This document shows positions 9,310-19,604 of a DNA stretch of 64,000 nt, one piece after another. Numbering within the stretch: position 1 is the first letter of the stretch; the number at the start of each line of letters is the position of its first letter. The notes beneath the pieces were generated by a model. It was given only the letters and a program-made list of their open reading frames with translations, did not search any database and was not told the origin of the DNA. Both the position numbers and the translations under genes were made by a program. The stretch is from Bacteroidota bacterium (GTDB lineage: Bacteria; Bacteroidota; Ignavibacteria; SZUA-365). The stretch covers positions 64,522 through 128,521 of the forward strand of contig JARYLZ010000001.1 in NCBI GenBank assembly GCA_029907355.1. The letters are read 5' to 3'.

Positions 9310-12300
9310 TTACCGAACTACGGATAGAGGGACTACGCTTCGCATCCCTTCCGAAGTCAGTTGAACGTGGTACACGCCGGCTGAGAGACCCGAAAGATCG
9401 ACCCATGCCGAATGTGTTCCGGTTTCCAAGATAGCTGAGAAGACTTTTCTGACGACGCGGCCGTTGAGATCCGTGATCACAAGTTCAGTCGGAAGGGGTC
9501 TACACACGTGAAATTCCACAACCGCCTGTCCGGATAATACGGGGTTCGGGTAGATGCCTGAAATGAACAAACCGTTTGCCTCCGCAGGTGTGCTTTTCAA
9601 GTCCGTCGCAACCGACTCGAAGGGAGAAATGAAACGATACACATCGAACCCTGCGGCGTACACGTAAGTATCCGTTCTATCCACGTAAGCGTCGGTGACC
9701 GTTATCGGATCGAAACCGGAGGGGCGTGGTTCGACCCTCCAGGTTTGACCGAGATTGGAGCTCACATAGGAATTCCCGTCCCGAAGGAGCCAGAGCCTTT
9801 TCCCGTTCGGTTCCATGATGATCGACCCATAGGGGGTCATTTGAATCGTGTTGACGAGAGACCACGTTTCTCCACCATCCGTCGTCACCGCGAGTGCATT
9901 CGTACCCGTATTGTTCTGAACGGAAAACCGGATTGCACCGACAAATTGGTCTCTGAACGAGATGTCCACGGAATGCCTGCTCGGTGTCGGGTACGATCTC
10001 CACGTCGCACCGCGATCCGTGGTTTTATAAATTTTCCCGTTGTTTGTGCCGAACCAACCGATATCCCCGATGAATTGGCATGAGTTGTTCCAACCGGCTT
10101 CTCCACTAGCGGCTGAGACGTATGGTGTGACTGCCGTCCATGTCGCGCCTCCATCTGTCGTTTTCCCAATTCCCCAGCGCCCGCTTAACGGGTCCCCGAT
10201 AAAGATTCCCTCCGTTGCCGAAAACATGTGGATCGCATCGACGAAAGGCGTTATGGATGACACGGAGGCGGAGCTCCAGGATTGCCCACCGTTTGTCGTC
10301 CTGCAAATCGTCGCGGCTCCGGAAGAAGGTCCTGTCCCGACAAACGCCGTAGAACCGTCACGCGCCGTGATGCAAAAGGCCCCTTGGAGCGAAGGATATC
10401 CGCTCCCATTGGCACTGTACCATTGCCCGCCGTCATATCGGAAGCAGTACTCCTGGGCAGGCGTTTGGTTCTGCATGACGATAACCGTCCCCCACACGGC
10501 GGTCGGGTTCGCAATATCCAGGGAATAAAACGTCGGGATCGAAATGGAGAGGGCTGTATGCCAACCTGTCTGCAGGTAAATTGCAATCCTACCGACCACG
10601 TAATCCGTGTATGCTCCGTCCGTGATCATCAAGTGGAGAGGAATATACCCTTCGGAGATGAGAGGATTGTCCGACAGCTTCAAATCGACGATAATCGATT
10701 TCGTGCCGAACGTCGGAATGACACCGAGAGGGAAGGTTGTGCCGGAGGTTATCGATACAGAGGTATCCTCGATTTGAAGTGTTGCGACGGCGGATTCGCT
10801 CGTCGGCGCGAGGACGTTCTCAAGGATGAACTCGACACGTGCTGTCTGCCCTGGTTGCGTAAACATGGACCCTGAAGATGTCGTGACGAGGAAATTACGG
10901 AGATGGATCCCGGGGATGTCAGAGAGATTTTGATTCGTACTCACTGCCCTGAATGCGTTGACACGACCATATCTTTTCGCTTGCGGAGGCGTAGTGAAGG
11001 GGTCTGCAGTAACACGGATCTGCTTCGCGACCTGGTCGGGTGTCCATGTCGGGTGAACGCTGAACACGAGGGCGGCGACACCGGCTGTGAGGGGAGAAGA
11101 AAACGAGGTGCCGGTCTGATTCGTGTATCCACCCCCTTTCCTCGTTGTTAGCACGCTCGAACCCGGCGCATACACGTGCACCGAAGTGCCGTACGTGCAC
11201 CAGCTGGATACTGCCCCGTTAGATTCGATGGAACCGACATTGAGAATGTGCGTGTACGAAGACGGCCAATGCGGGACGCGATCATTGTCTAGAGGGTTGT
11301 TTCCTGACGAGGCGACGATAAGTGCTCCTTTATTGAATGCATAGTTGACGATATCCTGTAGGGTCTGGCTGTAAACCCCCGTGCTTCCCCAACTGCAGTT
11401 GATCACTCTACATCCCATATCCGCCGCATATTTGATTCCTTCGTAACCCGCAGCAATCCCCGCCGAGGTTTCTCCGGCAGCCTTGATGGGGAGAATTTTC
11501 ACGCGGTAGCCGGTGCCGGCGATTCCAATTCCGTTGTTCGCTGTCGCGGCGGCGCAACCGGATGTGTTCGTCCCATGGCCGATCGCACCGTCCATAGGGT
11601 CGTTGTCGGGGATTGGAGCCTGAGCGGAGCCGGTCCCGATAAAATCCCAGCCGTGCCAATCGTCGATTTTCCCGTTCCCGTCGTCATCGATTCCGTTCGC
11701 CCGTAACTCTCCCGACACCCCCCATTCACCTTTATTGACATAGATACTCGCCGATAAATCAGGGTGTGTCCAGTCGACTCCGGAGTCGACGTCGCCGATG
11801 ACAACGGTTGTGTCTCCTGTTGTGATATCCCACGCTTCCTGGAGTTTCATGACCGAAATAGCCCACTGTTGACTGAGCATCGGGTCATTCGGAGTATGGA
11901 GGAGCGGGAAAATATAATATGGTTCGGCATGTTCTACGTATGGAATCTTCGCGAGTTCTGTGGCAACGACTCCGGGATCCTCCCATGAGCGGTAATGCAC
12001 CTTGAATGTTCTGGCCAGCGCCGCCTCATACTCGTTCATAGCACCCTTCAGCAACTTCGGCGGATCATGGAACGGGACGATTTGTGTGGTTCCAATGCGC
12101 TGAAGCACCGCGTCGATGGCATTAACCCCCGTCATTGTGGCCTGCAACGACATCGGTGCCCAGGAAACAAGCTTGACGATAACGAGATGGGGGGCTGCTT
12201 TTGCGGTTTCGTTCGACCTGCCTATAGGCCTTTCCTTTTCGCGGCCATCAGCCTGTTTGTAAAATATGGAAGAGACAATGACCCCGAGGAAAAGGAAATG

Positions 12301-12336
12301 TCCAAGAGCTCTGTTCATGGTATTCACCGAAGACAT
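9310..12336 (-). CDS. S8 subtilisin-like serine protease with BNR/Ycf48-like beta-propeller and T9SS C-terminal sorting domain
   Basis: Signal peptide. Catalytic triad context is VVIGDVDSGVDWTHPDL (Asp), GHGTNTSGCAAA (His), and GTSFSSPLTAG (Ser). It carries several Asp-box repeats (TTDGGATWT, TTDRGATWRS, TTDGGETWS). The C-terminal roughly 80 aa (GIYPNPV...VYHVQL...) resembles a Por secretion system CTD. Confidence 0.9.
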   Translation of the reverse strand: MSSVNTMNRALGHFLFLGVIVSSIFYKQADGREKERPIGRSNETAKAAPHLVIVKLVSWAPMSLQATMTGVNAIDAVLQRIGTTQIVPFHDPPKLLKGAMNEYEAALARTFKVHYRSWEDPGVVATELAKIPYVEHAEPYYIFPLLHTPNDPMLSQQWAISVMKLQEAWDITTGDTTVVIGDVDSGVDWTHPDLSASIYVNKGEWGVSGELRANGIDDDGNGKIDDWHGWDFIGTGSAQAPIPDNDPMDGAIGHGTNTSGCAAATANNGIGIAGTGYRVKILPIKAAGETSAGIAAGYEGIKYAADMGCRVINCSWGSTGVYSQTLQDIVNYAFNKGALIVASSGNNPLDNDRVPHWPSSYTHILNVGSIESNGAVSSWCTYGTSVHVYAPGSSVLTTRKGGGYTNQTGTSFSSPLTAGVAALVFSVHPTWTPDQVAKQIRVTADPFTTPPQAKRYGRVNAFRAVSTNQNLSDIPGIHLRNFLVTTSSGSMFTQPGQTARVEFILENVLAPTSESAVATLQIEDTSVSITSGTTFPLGVIPTFGTKSIIVDLKLSDNPLISEGYIPLHLMITDGAYTDYVVGRIAIYLQTGWHTALSISIPTFYSLDIANPTAVWGTVIVMQNQTPAQEYCFRYDGGQWYSANGSGYPSLQGAFCITARDGSTAFVGTGPSSGAATICRTTNGGQSWSSASVSSITPFVDAIHMFSATEGIFIGDPLSGRWGIGKTTDGGATWTAVTPYVSAASGEAGWNNSCQFIGDIGWFGTNNGKIYKTTDRGATWRSYPTPSRHSVDISFRDQFVGAIRFSVQNNTGTNALAVTTDGGETWSLVNTIQMTPYGSIIMEPNGKRLWLLRDGNSYVSSNLGQTWRVEPRPSGFDPITVTDAYVDRTDTYVYAAGFDVYRFISPFESVATDLKSTPAEANGLFISGIYPNPVLSGQAVVEFHVCRPLPTELVITDLNGRVVRKVFSAILETGTHSAWVDLSGLSAGVYHVQLTSEGMRSVVPLSVVR

Positions 12337-12519
12337 GAAACGAATGAAAATGCCGAGTGAAAGTTACGAAACTTTCAAAAGGCTTCAAGCCGGGCCACAA
12401 TGATCTTGCGACAGTGGAACGAAGAAAAGGGTCGGAGCAGAACTCCGGCCCTTGTCCGCCGGGACCGTGTGTGGACGATACCCGGCCGTGCCCCGGCCAG
12501 GTGGGCGGCCACGAGCGCG

Positions 12520-12969
12520 TCAATCCCAAATCGCCGCGAATTGCTGCGCGCCGCAAAGGAAACAGTTCTCACCCTCGAAGTGGACGATGATTTCCACCAA
12601 TCCCTTCTTACCGGGAACGTTGTGTACGGCAAAACCGATATGACCGCTGACAGCCGGTCGTTCGTCAGAAACGGTGACCGTATTCACACCAAGCAATGGT
12701 TTGGGAACTTTATAGGCTTTATGCGTCCTGAAATTCACAAGAAGAGCGTGATCTGCCATCTTCGAAATGAGTATCACTTCATCGGCATTTTTCATGTTAC
12801 GGTAGGCGAACACCGGCAACCGAAGCCCTTCTGGACTCATGACCTGACAATGGATAGAACGAAAAAGAGTAGCAGTTCTTTTCCCTTGTTGAGCATGGGA
12901 AAACTGAATGGTTATGAATCCAAGAAGAATTATCACCGACCACATTCTCAATATGGATCCGGTTTTCAT
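12520..12969 (-). CDS. small hypothetical secreted protein
   Basis: 149-aa ORF with a clear signal peptide (MKTGSILRMWSVIILLGFITIQFSHAQQ). I prefer it over the overlapping + strand ORF 12400-12999, which has no protein-like features. Confidence 0.45.
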   Translation of the reverse strand: MKTGSILRMWSVIILLGFITIQFSHAQQGKRTATLFRSIHCQVMSPEGLRLPVFAYRNMKNADEVILISKMADHALLVNFRTHKAYKVPKPLLGVNTVTVSDERPAVSGHIGFAVHNVPGKKGLVEIIVHFEGENCFLCGAQQFAAIWD

Positions 12970-13172
12970 AAGACTGCCCCTTTTTCTTTATTGACTTAGT
13001 TTTATGATAGTGAAAATATTTCAATGCATACTATATGGCAATAGAACTTTTTGTATATGTTGCAATATTTGCATTGACTTATTCTTAGAAAAATGGGACC
13101 TAGTTCTTCTCCAAAATGGACGTGAATTTTTTCACTAAATATCTTTGTAAACGCTTCCTATGAAAAAACATG

Positions 13173-13201
13173 AAAAAACCGGTCTGGAAGACCGGTTTTT
13201 T
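13173..13201. terminator. bidirectional rho-independent terminator hairpin
   Basis: The sequence AAAAAACCGGTCTGGAAGACCGGTTTTTT has a perfect 9-bp stem (AACCGGTCT/AGACCGGTT), a GGAA loop, and an A-run on one side with a T-run on the other. It lies 20 nt downstream of the stop of the 2127-aa gene on the minus strand. Confidence 0.65.
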
Positions 13202-13220
13202 CATCAGGGAATATGAAATA

Positions 13221-16200
13221 TTAACGTTTGATAATAGGTCGTGCGAGAACCCTTTCACCGACATAGAGATAGATAATGTAGAAACCACCGGGGACGTCAC
13301 CGATTCCGATTTGCTTGATATAGGGACCTTGTACCCTCTCTTCTTGAGATTCATGAACCGAACGCCCAAGCAAATCACTGACAATGAGACGCACTTTTGA
13401 AGGGAAAGGAAGCTGAATCTCTACTGTAAAGAGCCCTTCATTCGGGTCCGGATATACCGAAAATGACTCAATCCCCAAATTATTTTCGATGCTGGTGGCA
13501 CGAAATTCGAATGGGGCTGACATAGAGAAACAACTGTCCTCATTCCAAACGGCGACGGAGTATTGTCCGTTCCTGGTGGGATTGTGCGTCCTTTGTGTCG
13601 CTCCCGTAATCGGTGCACTGCTGAAATACCACTGATACCGATACGCAGGGGTTGAAATCAATGTGTTTCCTATCTGCGTGATGACCGGGGTGGGGGGGGT
13701 CGGTTTGACGCGGACTTCGACAACATCGGATTCACCCACGCAACCATACTGATTCGTCACACGAACGTTGTACAAACCGCTTTGGGAAACGGTTATCCGC
13801 CTCGTTCTAGCGCCGGTTGACCATAAGTATGATTGATATCCCGATCCGGCATCGAGTTCAACGCTTCCTCCATCACAGAAATTTAAGGGTCCACCGGCTT
13901 TTATTTGTGGAACAGGTGTTGAGTGTCGAGTTACTGTAATCGGGGTTGATGTACCTATACACCCATTCGCATTCGTCACCGTCACGGAATATGTGCCTGA
14001 GGTTTTCACGGTGATTTTCCTGGTAATGGCGCCGGTGGACCATAGATAGGTAGCATACCCCGCACCGGCGTCAAGAACGACACTGTCGCCGGGGCAGAAT
14101 GATGTGGGTCCGCTTGCAGAGATAACCGGCTGCGGTTTCGAATACACCGTTACGGAAACGGGGGCTGATGTCCCCTGGCATCCGTTCGCATCCCGAACGG
14201 TGACAAGGTAATTCCCCGCGGACTTGACGGTGATCACTCGCGTCGTCCGACCGTTCGACCATTGATATGACGAGTACCCTCCTCCTGCATCCAGTCTGAC
14301 ACTGTCACCCTGGCAAAACTCTGTGGGACCGAGGGGTGTAATATGAGGCATAGGGAGAGGATTTACCGTTACCGTAACGGGATTCGACCTACCAACGCAA
14401 CCGGAATCCGTCCATACTGCCACGTAATAGGACCCTCCTTGATTGACCTTTATTGTTCTGGTATTCGCGCCATTTGACCAAAGATAGCGTGCATAGCCGC
14501 CTCCGGCATCAAGGGTGACCTCGTTCCCCTCACAAAATCTCAATGGGCCGCTTGCCGTAATCCTCGGTGTGGGAATTGAGTTCACGGTAATGTGGATCGG
14601 CGGGGATGTCGCTGAACACCCGTTATCATCCATGACGGTCACCGTGTAATCGCCGGGTGATTTTACCGTGATAAATCTGCTCGTCGCCCCCGTAGACCAG
14701 AGATAACCACCATAGAGACCGTACTTGTCTGCATCGAGGACTATACTGTCACCCTCGCAAAAACTTACCGGTCCCTTGGCGGTGATGCGCGGTTGTGGGA
14801 GCGGGTACACTGTGACGGTATATGAGGGGGATGTTTTCCTGCATCCGTTATACCCTGTCACGGTCACGAAGTATGTCCCCGGTTTCGTCACCGTGATTCG
14901 CCGTCCCCCCATTCCGTTCGACCACAAAAAGCTATCCCCGTAAGAAGAATCCGCTTCGAACGTCACGCTCCCCCCCGCACAGAAAGTCAATGGACCACTG
15001 ACGTTGACATGTGCGCGTGGGAGTGGCATGACGACGACTCGAACGGCGGGGGATTCCCCTCTGCATCCCTGAAGTGTGTTGACGTGCACTTTGTAGAGAC
15101 CGGGTTCCCGCACGACGATACTCTGGCTCGTGTCGATGGCGATCGTGTCACGATACCACAGGTAACCGGAATAGAGACGTGCGGAATCGATTGAAAGAAC
15201 GACACTGTCGTATTCGCAGAAGGTCAGTGGTCCGCTCGCACGAATAATTGGCATGGGGGGCGCGATGACATCCACGCGGACATCGTCGGTTTCGACGCAC
15301 CCATTGGCGTCGGTGACGGTCAATGTATACGTGGTCGGGAAAAACGGTCGTGCCCATGTACGTGGTGCCGTCGAATCGCTCAGTCCGCCTACGGGACTCC
15401 ATTTATATGTATACGGTGGGGTGCCCCCTGTAGCATTTGATCCGATCTGCACGCTGTCGCCACGACATATGGAAATATCCCTCGTGTCTTTGAGGCGGGG
15501 CCACGGGAGAAGCGCGATGAAAACGCTGTCGACCGACTTGCATCCGTTGGCGTCTGTCACCGTGACATAGTACCTCGTGGGTTCCAGGGGGCGCACAAGG
15601 GGTCGTGCGACACGGTTGGAACCGACGAAGTATTTCAACGGTGTCCATTCATATTTGTACGGGGGTTTCCCCCCTGTTGCCGTATCACCGATCTGCGTTA
15701 ACTCGTTCCTGCATACAATCTGGTCCGTTCCAGCTTCCGCAACAGGAGGTTGATTGACAACCACCGTAATCGTGTCCGAGGCAGTACAACCTTTTAGGTT
15801 CTTCACGGTGAGAACATAAACGGTTGTGCTTTGTGGAGAAGCCTTGGGATTCATGATCGTAGGATCCGTCAATCCCGTTGACGGTTGCCAGAGATAGGTA
15901 AACGGCCCGGCTTGGTTGCTGCCGACAGTCGCGGAAAGTTGGATGGAATCGCCGAGGCAGATGGACCGGTCATCTCCAGCATGAACGGTGAAATCGACGA
16001 TGGAAATGGTTACCGAATCGATACCCGAACAGCCATAGGCGTCGCGGGCAACAACAGTGTACGTCGTCGTTACCTGCGGTTTGGCATAGGGCCGCGCGAT
16101 CAAAGGATCGCTGAGTCCCTGGGCAGGTGTCCAGAAATACGTGTAGGGTGGGGTCCCTCCGGTTGCCACCGAACCGATCTGAACGCTGTCGCCTGAGCAG

Positions 16201-19200
16201 ATGAGCGAATCGACACCAGCCGAGACGACCGGTGTATTTTCAACGTAAACAACTACGGTGTCGGAAACTGTATTCGATGCTGCATCCGTCACGGTGAGTA
16301 CATACGTACAAGTTGTCGTCGGCGAAGCGGTTGGACGCATGGCGGTCGTGTCGCTTAATCCGGTTGCAGGGAACCATCGAAACGAGTATGGTGGTATCCC
16401 GCACACCGCGGTGTCCCCGATAACATCGGAACTTCCTTTGCAGAGATGGATATCGGGTCCTGCGAGTGCCGTAAAGCTCGTGTAGACGGAAACGTTGACC
16501 TGATCGGTGTCGGAACACCCCTGGCTGTCACGGACGACCAGTGTGTATTTCGTAGTCGATAACGGGAACGCAAGGGGGCGGGCGACATTCGTTTGGCTTA
16601 ATCCAATGGCAGGTGACCATGTATACTGGAGTGGACCGATACCGAAATTGCCGCCTCCGCCGAGACGAACTGTATCACCGGCGCAAAGGACACGATCAGT
16701 CCCCGCGTCAGCGATGACACGGTTTACCATGACAAGAACGGAGTCCACGGTACTGCAGCCGTTTGCATCCGTTACGGTAACCGTGTACCTCGTGGAGACT
16801 GGCGGTGATGCGATCGTCACTGAGTCGGTCGTCGAACTGAGACCGCTCGGCGGATTCCACGCGTAAGTATAAGGTGGGGTACCCCCGCTTGCCGAATGGC
16901 CTATTGCGACACTGCCACCACGACAAATCATAGTATCCGGACCCGCATGGAGTATGGGAAGGGCGAACACGAAAACCGTTACGGAATCCGTGGCAGTGCA
17001 GTTGTATGCATCCGTAATGGTAAGATGATACGTCGTTGTCACCGCTGGGAATGCAAGGGGGGTTGCGGAGGTTGAATCGTCGAGCGTCGTGTTGGGCCTC
17101 CAGATATAACGCAGCGGTCTGGCTCCCCCAACGGCTTGACCACCGATGCGGACACCGGACCCACGACAAATCGCAGTGTCACGACCTGCATCCGCAAACA
17201 GCGGGGATGCGACATTTACCCGGACGGTATCGGAGACACCGTGGCAACCGATCCCGTCTGTCACTCTCACTGCATACGAACCGGTCGTGTCAACGGTAAT
17301 CGTTCTTGTGGTCTCGAGCGTTGACCAGAGATAACTGGTGTATCCCGGACCCGCATCCAGGACCACTCGTCCACCTGGACAGAGATTCGTCGGTCCGCTG
17401 GCGGTTATGAGCGGCTTTACATCGCAAATTTTCGTGATGAAACCATCCACGGTTCCACCGTTTACATTTTGGACTGCGGAAAGAACGGGGAAATCGGTGC
17501 TCGAGGTCCAGCCGCCGAAAACGACATTCCCACTGTATTGTGCCATGATCGCATTCGCAGCGTCATCGCCATTCCCGCCAAAAAAGGTGGACCAGATCCG
17601 CCCTCCCTGCGGATTGAACTTTACGATGAAAGCATCCGTCGATCCGTTTTTCGAAGGCTGGATGGCATCCTGTGTAACGGGAAAATTTGTACTCGCAGTT
17701 TGGCCTGTGAAAGCAATGTTGCCATGGAAATCCGTGCTTACCCCGCTCGCATACTCGTCCTGGTTCCCCCCGTAAAATGTTGCCCATTCCCGCGCACCTG
17801 TCGGACTGAAAACGCAGAGAAATGCTTCTTGACCACTCATCAGGTATGGACGGAACGCATTCGCCACAGGGAAATTCGCACTCTCCGTCCTCCCGACCAT
17901 GACGGGACGCTGGAACTTGTCGACGGCGAGCCCGTGTGCGATATCGAAGGCGCTTCCCCCGTAATACGTCGCCCAGAGACGAGTGCCGTCGGAAGCAAGT
18001 TTCACGAGGAATGCATCTCCCTGCCCGGCCTGGGTGTTCTGCAAACATCCTACAGACACCGGGAAATTCGTGCTGTTCGTGTTCCCTGCAAAGTACACGT
18101 TGCCGCTCGAATCACAGCCCACTGCCCGAGCGACATCTCCCATCATCCCTCCATAATATGTCGTCCAAATTTGCGTTCCCGTCCCGCTGAATTTGGCAAC
18201 GAATGCATCACCGACACCTGCGATCACGGTCTGGTAAGCCCCAGGAGTGACAGGGAAATTTGCGCTGGTCGTCACACCAGTTACCAGAATATTTCCACTC
18301 CGGTCCGTCGCCACCGCATACGCGTTGTCGTCGGCTCCGCCTCCCAGGTAAGTCGCCCACTGTAAAGACCCTAATGCATCGAAACACAAAAGGAAACCGT
18401 CATACATTCCCCCATTCTGTTCCTGGAATGCTCCCGCTGTTGTGGGGAATGATGTACTGTTCGTTTCACCTGCTACGATGATGTTCCCGTTCCCTGCCAC
18501 TGCAACCGACGTTGCGGCATCATTACCGGTTCCCCCGTAATAGGTTGCCCAGAGACGCGTTCCTGAAGAATTGAATTTCACGACGAAAGCATCAAGACTG
18601 CCAGCGTTTATGGATTGGACCGCACCCGCGGTGACCGGCAAATTCGTGCTGTATGTGAATCCGCATACAATGACGTTCCCTCCTGCGTCGGTTGTAACGG
18701 ATGTTATCCGATCGCCGTTCGAGCCGCCGTAATACGTCGACCAGTGAACGGTTGGGTCGATCACGAGAGGGAATCGTCCATCATAGGTACCAACGTCGAA
18801 ATGGATTTCTCTGCCATCCACACGGAAGGAGGAAGGGACCGTCGGCATACCGGAAGCGTAGGGAGAGGACAAATCGGGAGGTTGATAACAGAAAGGTCGT
18901 TCTTCTTTCAAGCATCCGAATGGATTCTCCACGATGAGATCCCTCTCTTCTCCGATAGATAGGGATTTTGCTCCCGCAACTCGAAGCTTGATATCCTCCG
19001 GGCGTCCACGAGGATGAACTACAAACTCATACTTGATTCCTGTATCGGTAATTCTAAAGATCAGGTCGATCCCCTCGTAGAGATTTTCATAAATGATGCA
19101 TCGGTATTCATGCGCCATGAGATTGAGAGCACCACCCCTATGGTACATGACCGGTGTTTCCACTTTGTCGACGCCTCGCACGGATACATCCTGGTTTGCA

Positions 19201-19604
19201 TCAACGAACTCGATATCCATCCTATATGATTCGCATGATTTCGCGAAGGAGTGACCATAGTCGGCCTTGGGTATCTCACCCGTTCCCTTTTCGAAGTTCG
19301 GTTTGAGAAAAACATAGCTGACATGCTTCCTCGTAAAGAAGAGACTCGTCGAACCGTAAGAGACCGTAAAGAGAACGTCTTCTTGAACGGAACCGTCTAC
19401 ATTGTAAATCTGACCTTTGTTCTCGACGAAACCTCTCACGGGATTCGAACTCATCCGCCTAATGAAAGCCTCCGGAAAAAGAACTTTTCCCGATGGATAA
19501 TCGACGGAGGACTTTTCGAAATTTCTCGCGATTGCGATCCGGTTAGCGGTTAGAAAAGTCCCGCTCATCAGTAGCACAGGAAAAATCGAGCGCAGGAAAT
19601 TCAT
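13221..19604 (-). CDS. giant T9SS cargo surface protein with SBBP beta-propeller repeats, SprB-type repeats and Ig-like repeats
   Basis: 2127-aa ORF with a signal peptide. Repeated GN..V.G.T.S.NFPV blocks are SBBP-type beta-propeller units. Repeated C.GDSV.IG..A.GGTPPYTY.W blocks are SprB-type. About 8 Ig-like units of roughly 78 aa (GP..FC.GDSV.LDAG.GY..YLWSTG...ITV...G.Y.V.V.D.NGC) follow. The C-terminal roughly 80 aa looks like a T9SS CTD. Confidence 0.9.
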   Translation of the reverse strand: MNFLRSIFPVLLMSGTFLTANRIAIARNFEKSSVDYPSGKVLFPEAFIRRMSSNPVRGFVENKGQIYNVDGSVQEDVLFTVSYGSTSLFFTRKHVSYVFLKPNFEKGTGEIPKADYGHSFAKSCESYRMDIEFVDANQDVSVRGVDKVETPVMYHRGGALNLMAHEYRCIIYENLYEGIDLIFRITDTGIKYEFVVHPRGRPEDIKLRVAGAKSLSIGEERDLIVENPFGCLKEERPFCYQPPDLSSPYASGMPTVPSSFRVDGREIHFDVGTYDGRFPLVIDPTVHWSTYYGGSNGDRITSVTTDAGGNVIVCGFTYSTNLPVTAGAVQSINAGSLDAFVVKFNSSGTRLWATYYGGTGNDAATSVAVAGNGNIIVAGETNSTSFPTTAGAFQEQNGGMYDGFLLCFDALGSLQWATYLGGGADDNAYAVATDRSGNILVTGVTTSANFPVTPGAYQTVIAGVGDAFVAKFSGTGTQIWTTYYGGMMGDVARAVGCDSSGNVYFAGNTNSTNFPVSVGCLQNTQAGQGDAFLVKLASDGTRLWATYYGGSAFDIAHGLAVDKFQRPVMVGRTESANFPVANAFRPYLMSGQEAFLCVFSPTGAREWATFYGGNQDEYASGVSTDFHGNIAFTGQTASTNFPVTQDAIQPSKNGSTDAFIVKFNPQGGRIWSTFFGGNGDDAANAIMAQYSGNVVFGGWTSSTDFPVLSAVQNVNGGTVDGFITKICDVKPLITASGPTNLCPGGRVVLDAGPGYTSYLWSTLETTRTITVDTTGSYAVRVTDGIGCHGVSDTVRVNVASPLFADAGRDTAICRGSGVRIGGQAVGGARPLRYIWRPNTTLDDSTSATPLAFPAVTTTYHLTITDAYNCTATDSVTVFVFALPILHAGPDTMICRGGSVAIGHSASGGTPPYTYAWNPPSGLSSTTDSVTIASPPVSTRYTVTVTDANGCSTVDSVLVMVNRVIADAGTDRVLCAGDTVRLGGGGNFGIGPLQYTWSPAIGLSQTNVARPLAFPLSTTKYTLVVRDSQGCSDTDQVNVSVYTSFTALAGPDIHLCKGSSDVIGDTAVCGIPPYSFRWFPATGLSDTTAMRPTASPTTTCTYVLTVTDAASNTVSDTVVVYVENTPVVSAGVDSLICSGDSVQIGSVATGGTPPYTYFWTPAQGLSDPLIARPYAKPQVTTTYTVVARDAYGCSGIDSVTISIVDFTVHAGDDRSICLGDSIQLSATVGSNQAGPFTYLWQPSTGLTDPTIMNPKASPQSTTVYVLTVKNLKGCTASDTITVVVNQPPVAEAGTDQIVCRNELTQIGDTATGGKPPYKYEWTPLKYFVGSNRVARPLVRPLEPTRYYVTVTDANGCKSVDSVFIALLPWPRLKDTRDISICRGDSVQIGSNATGGTPPYTYKWSPVGGLSDSTAPRTWARPFFPTTYTLTVTDANGCVETDDVRVDVIAPPMPIIRASGPLTFCEYDSVVLSIDSARLYSGYLWYRDTIAIDTSQSIVVREPGLYKVHVNTLQGCRGESPAVRVVVMPLPRAHVNVSGPLTFCAGGSVTFEADSSYGDSFLWSNGMGGRRITVTKPGTYFVTVTGYNGCRKTSPSYTVTVYPLPQPRITAKGPVSFCEGDSIVLDADKYGLYGGYLWSTGATSRFITVKSPGDYTVTVMDDNGCSATSPPIHITVNSIPTPRITASGPLRFCEGNEVTLDAGGGYARYLWSNGANTRTIKVNQGGSYYVAVWTDSGCVGRSNPVTVTVNPLPMPHITPLGPTEFCQGDSVRLDAGGGYSSYQWSNGRTTRVITVKSAGNYLVTVRDANGCQGTSAPVSVTVYSKPQPVISASGPTSFCPGDSVVLDAGAGYATYLWSTGAITRKITVKTSGTYSVTVTNANGCIGTSTPITVTRHSTPVPQIKAGGPLNFCDGGSVELDAGSGYQSYLWSTGARTRRITVSQSGLYNVRVTNQYGCVGESDVVEVRVKPTPPTPVITQIGNTLISTPAYRYQWYFSSAPITGATQRTHNPTRNGQYSVAVWNEDSCFSMSAPFEFRATSIENNLGIESFSVYPDPNEGLFTVEIQLPFPSKVRLIVSDLLGRSVHESQEERVQGPYIKQIGIGDVPGGFYIIYLYVGERVLARPIIKR
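13560..15260 (-). repeat. array of about 8 tandem Ig-like coding repeats (roughly 234 nt each) inside the 2127-aa gene
   Basis: The translated repeats are diverged at roughly 50-60% aa identity. Coordinates are approximate, derived from residue positions. Confidence 0.5.
15260..17450 (-). repeat. array of about 9 SprB-type coding repeats (roughly 85-100 aa each) inside the 2127-aa gene
   Basis: The recurring motif is AG.D..IC.G.SV.IG..A.GG.PPY.Y.W.P..GLSD. Boundaries are approximate. Confidence 0.45.
17450..18758 (-). repeat. SBBP-type beta-propeller coding repeats (about 7 blades) inside the 2127-aa gene
   Basis: The recurring motif is YYGG...D.A..V..D..GN....G.T.S.NFPVT.GA.Q. Boundaries are approximate. 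Confidence 0.45.

Noticed and set aside
12400-12999. 199-aa plus-strand ORF overlapping the small secreted-protein gene
   Set aside because: It has no signal or domain features. The minus-strand alternative has a textbook signal peptide, though neither is certain.
17469-18365. 298-aa plus-strand ORF, plus several 60-160-aa ORFs on both strands, inside the 2127-aa gene
   Set aside because: They are antisense or out of frame to a continuous 6.4-kb ORF with coherent domain structure. Their Arg/Pro/Ser-rich composition is typical of spurious ORFs.
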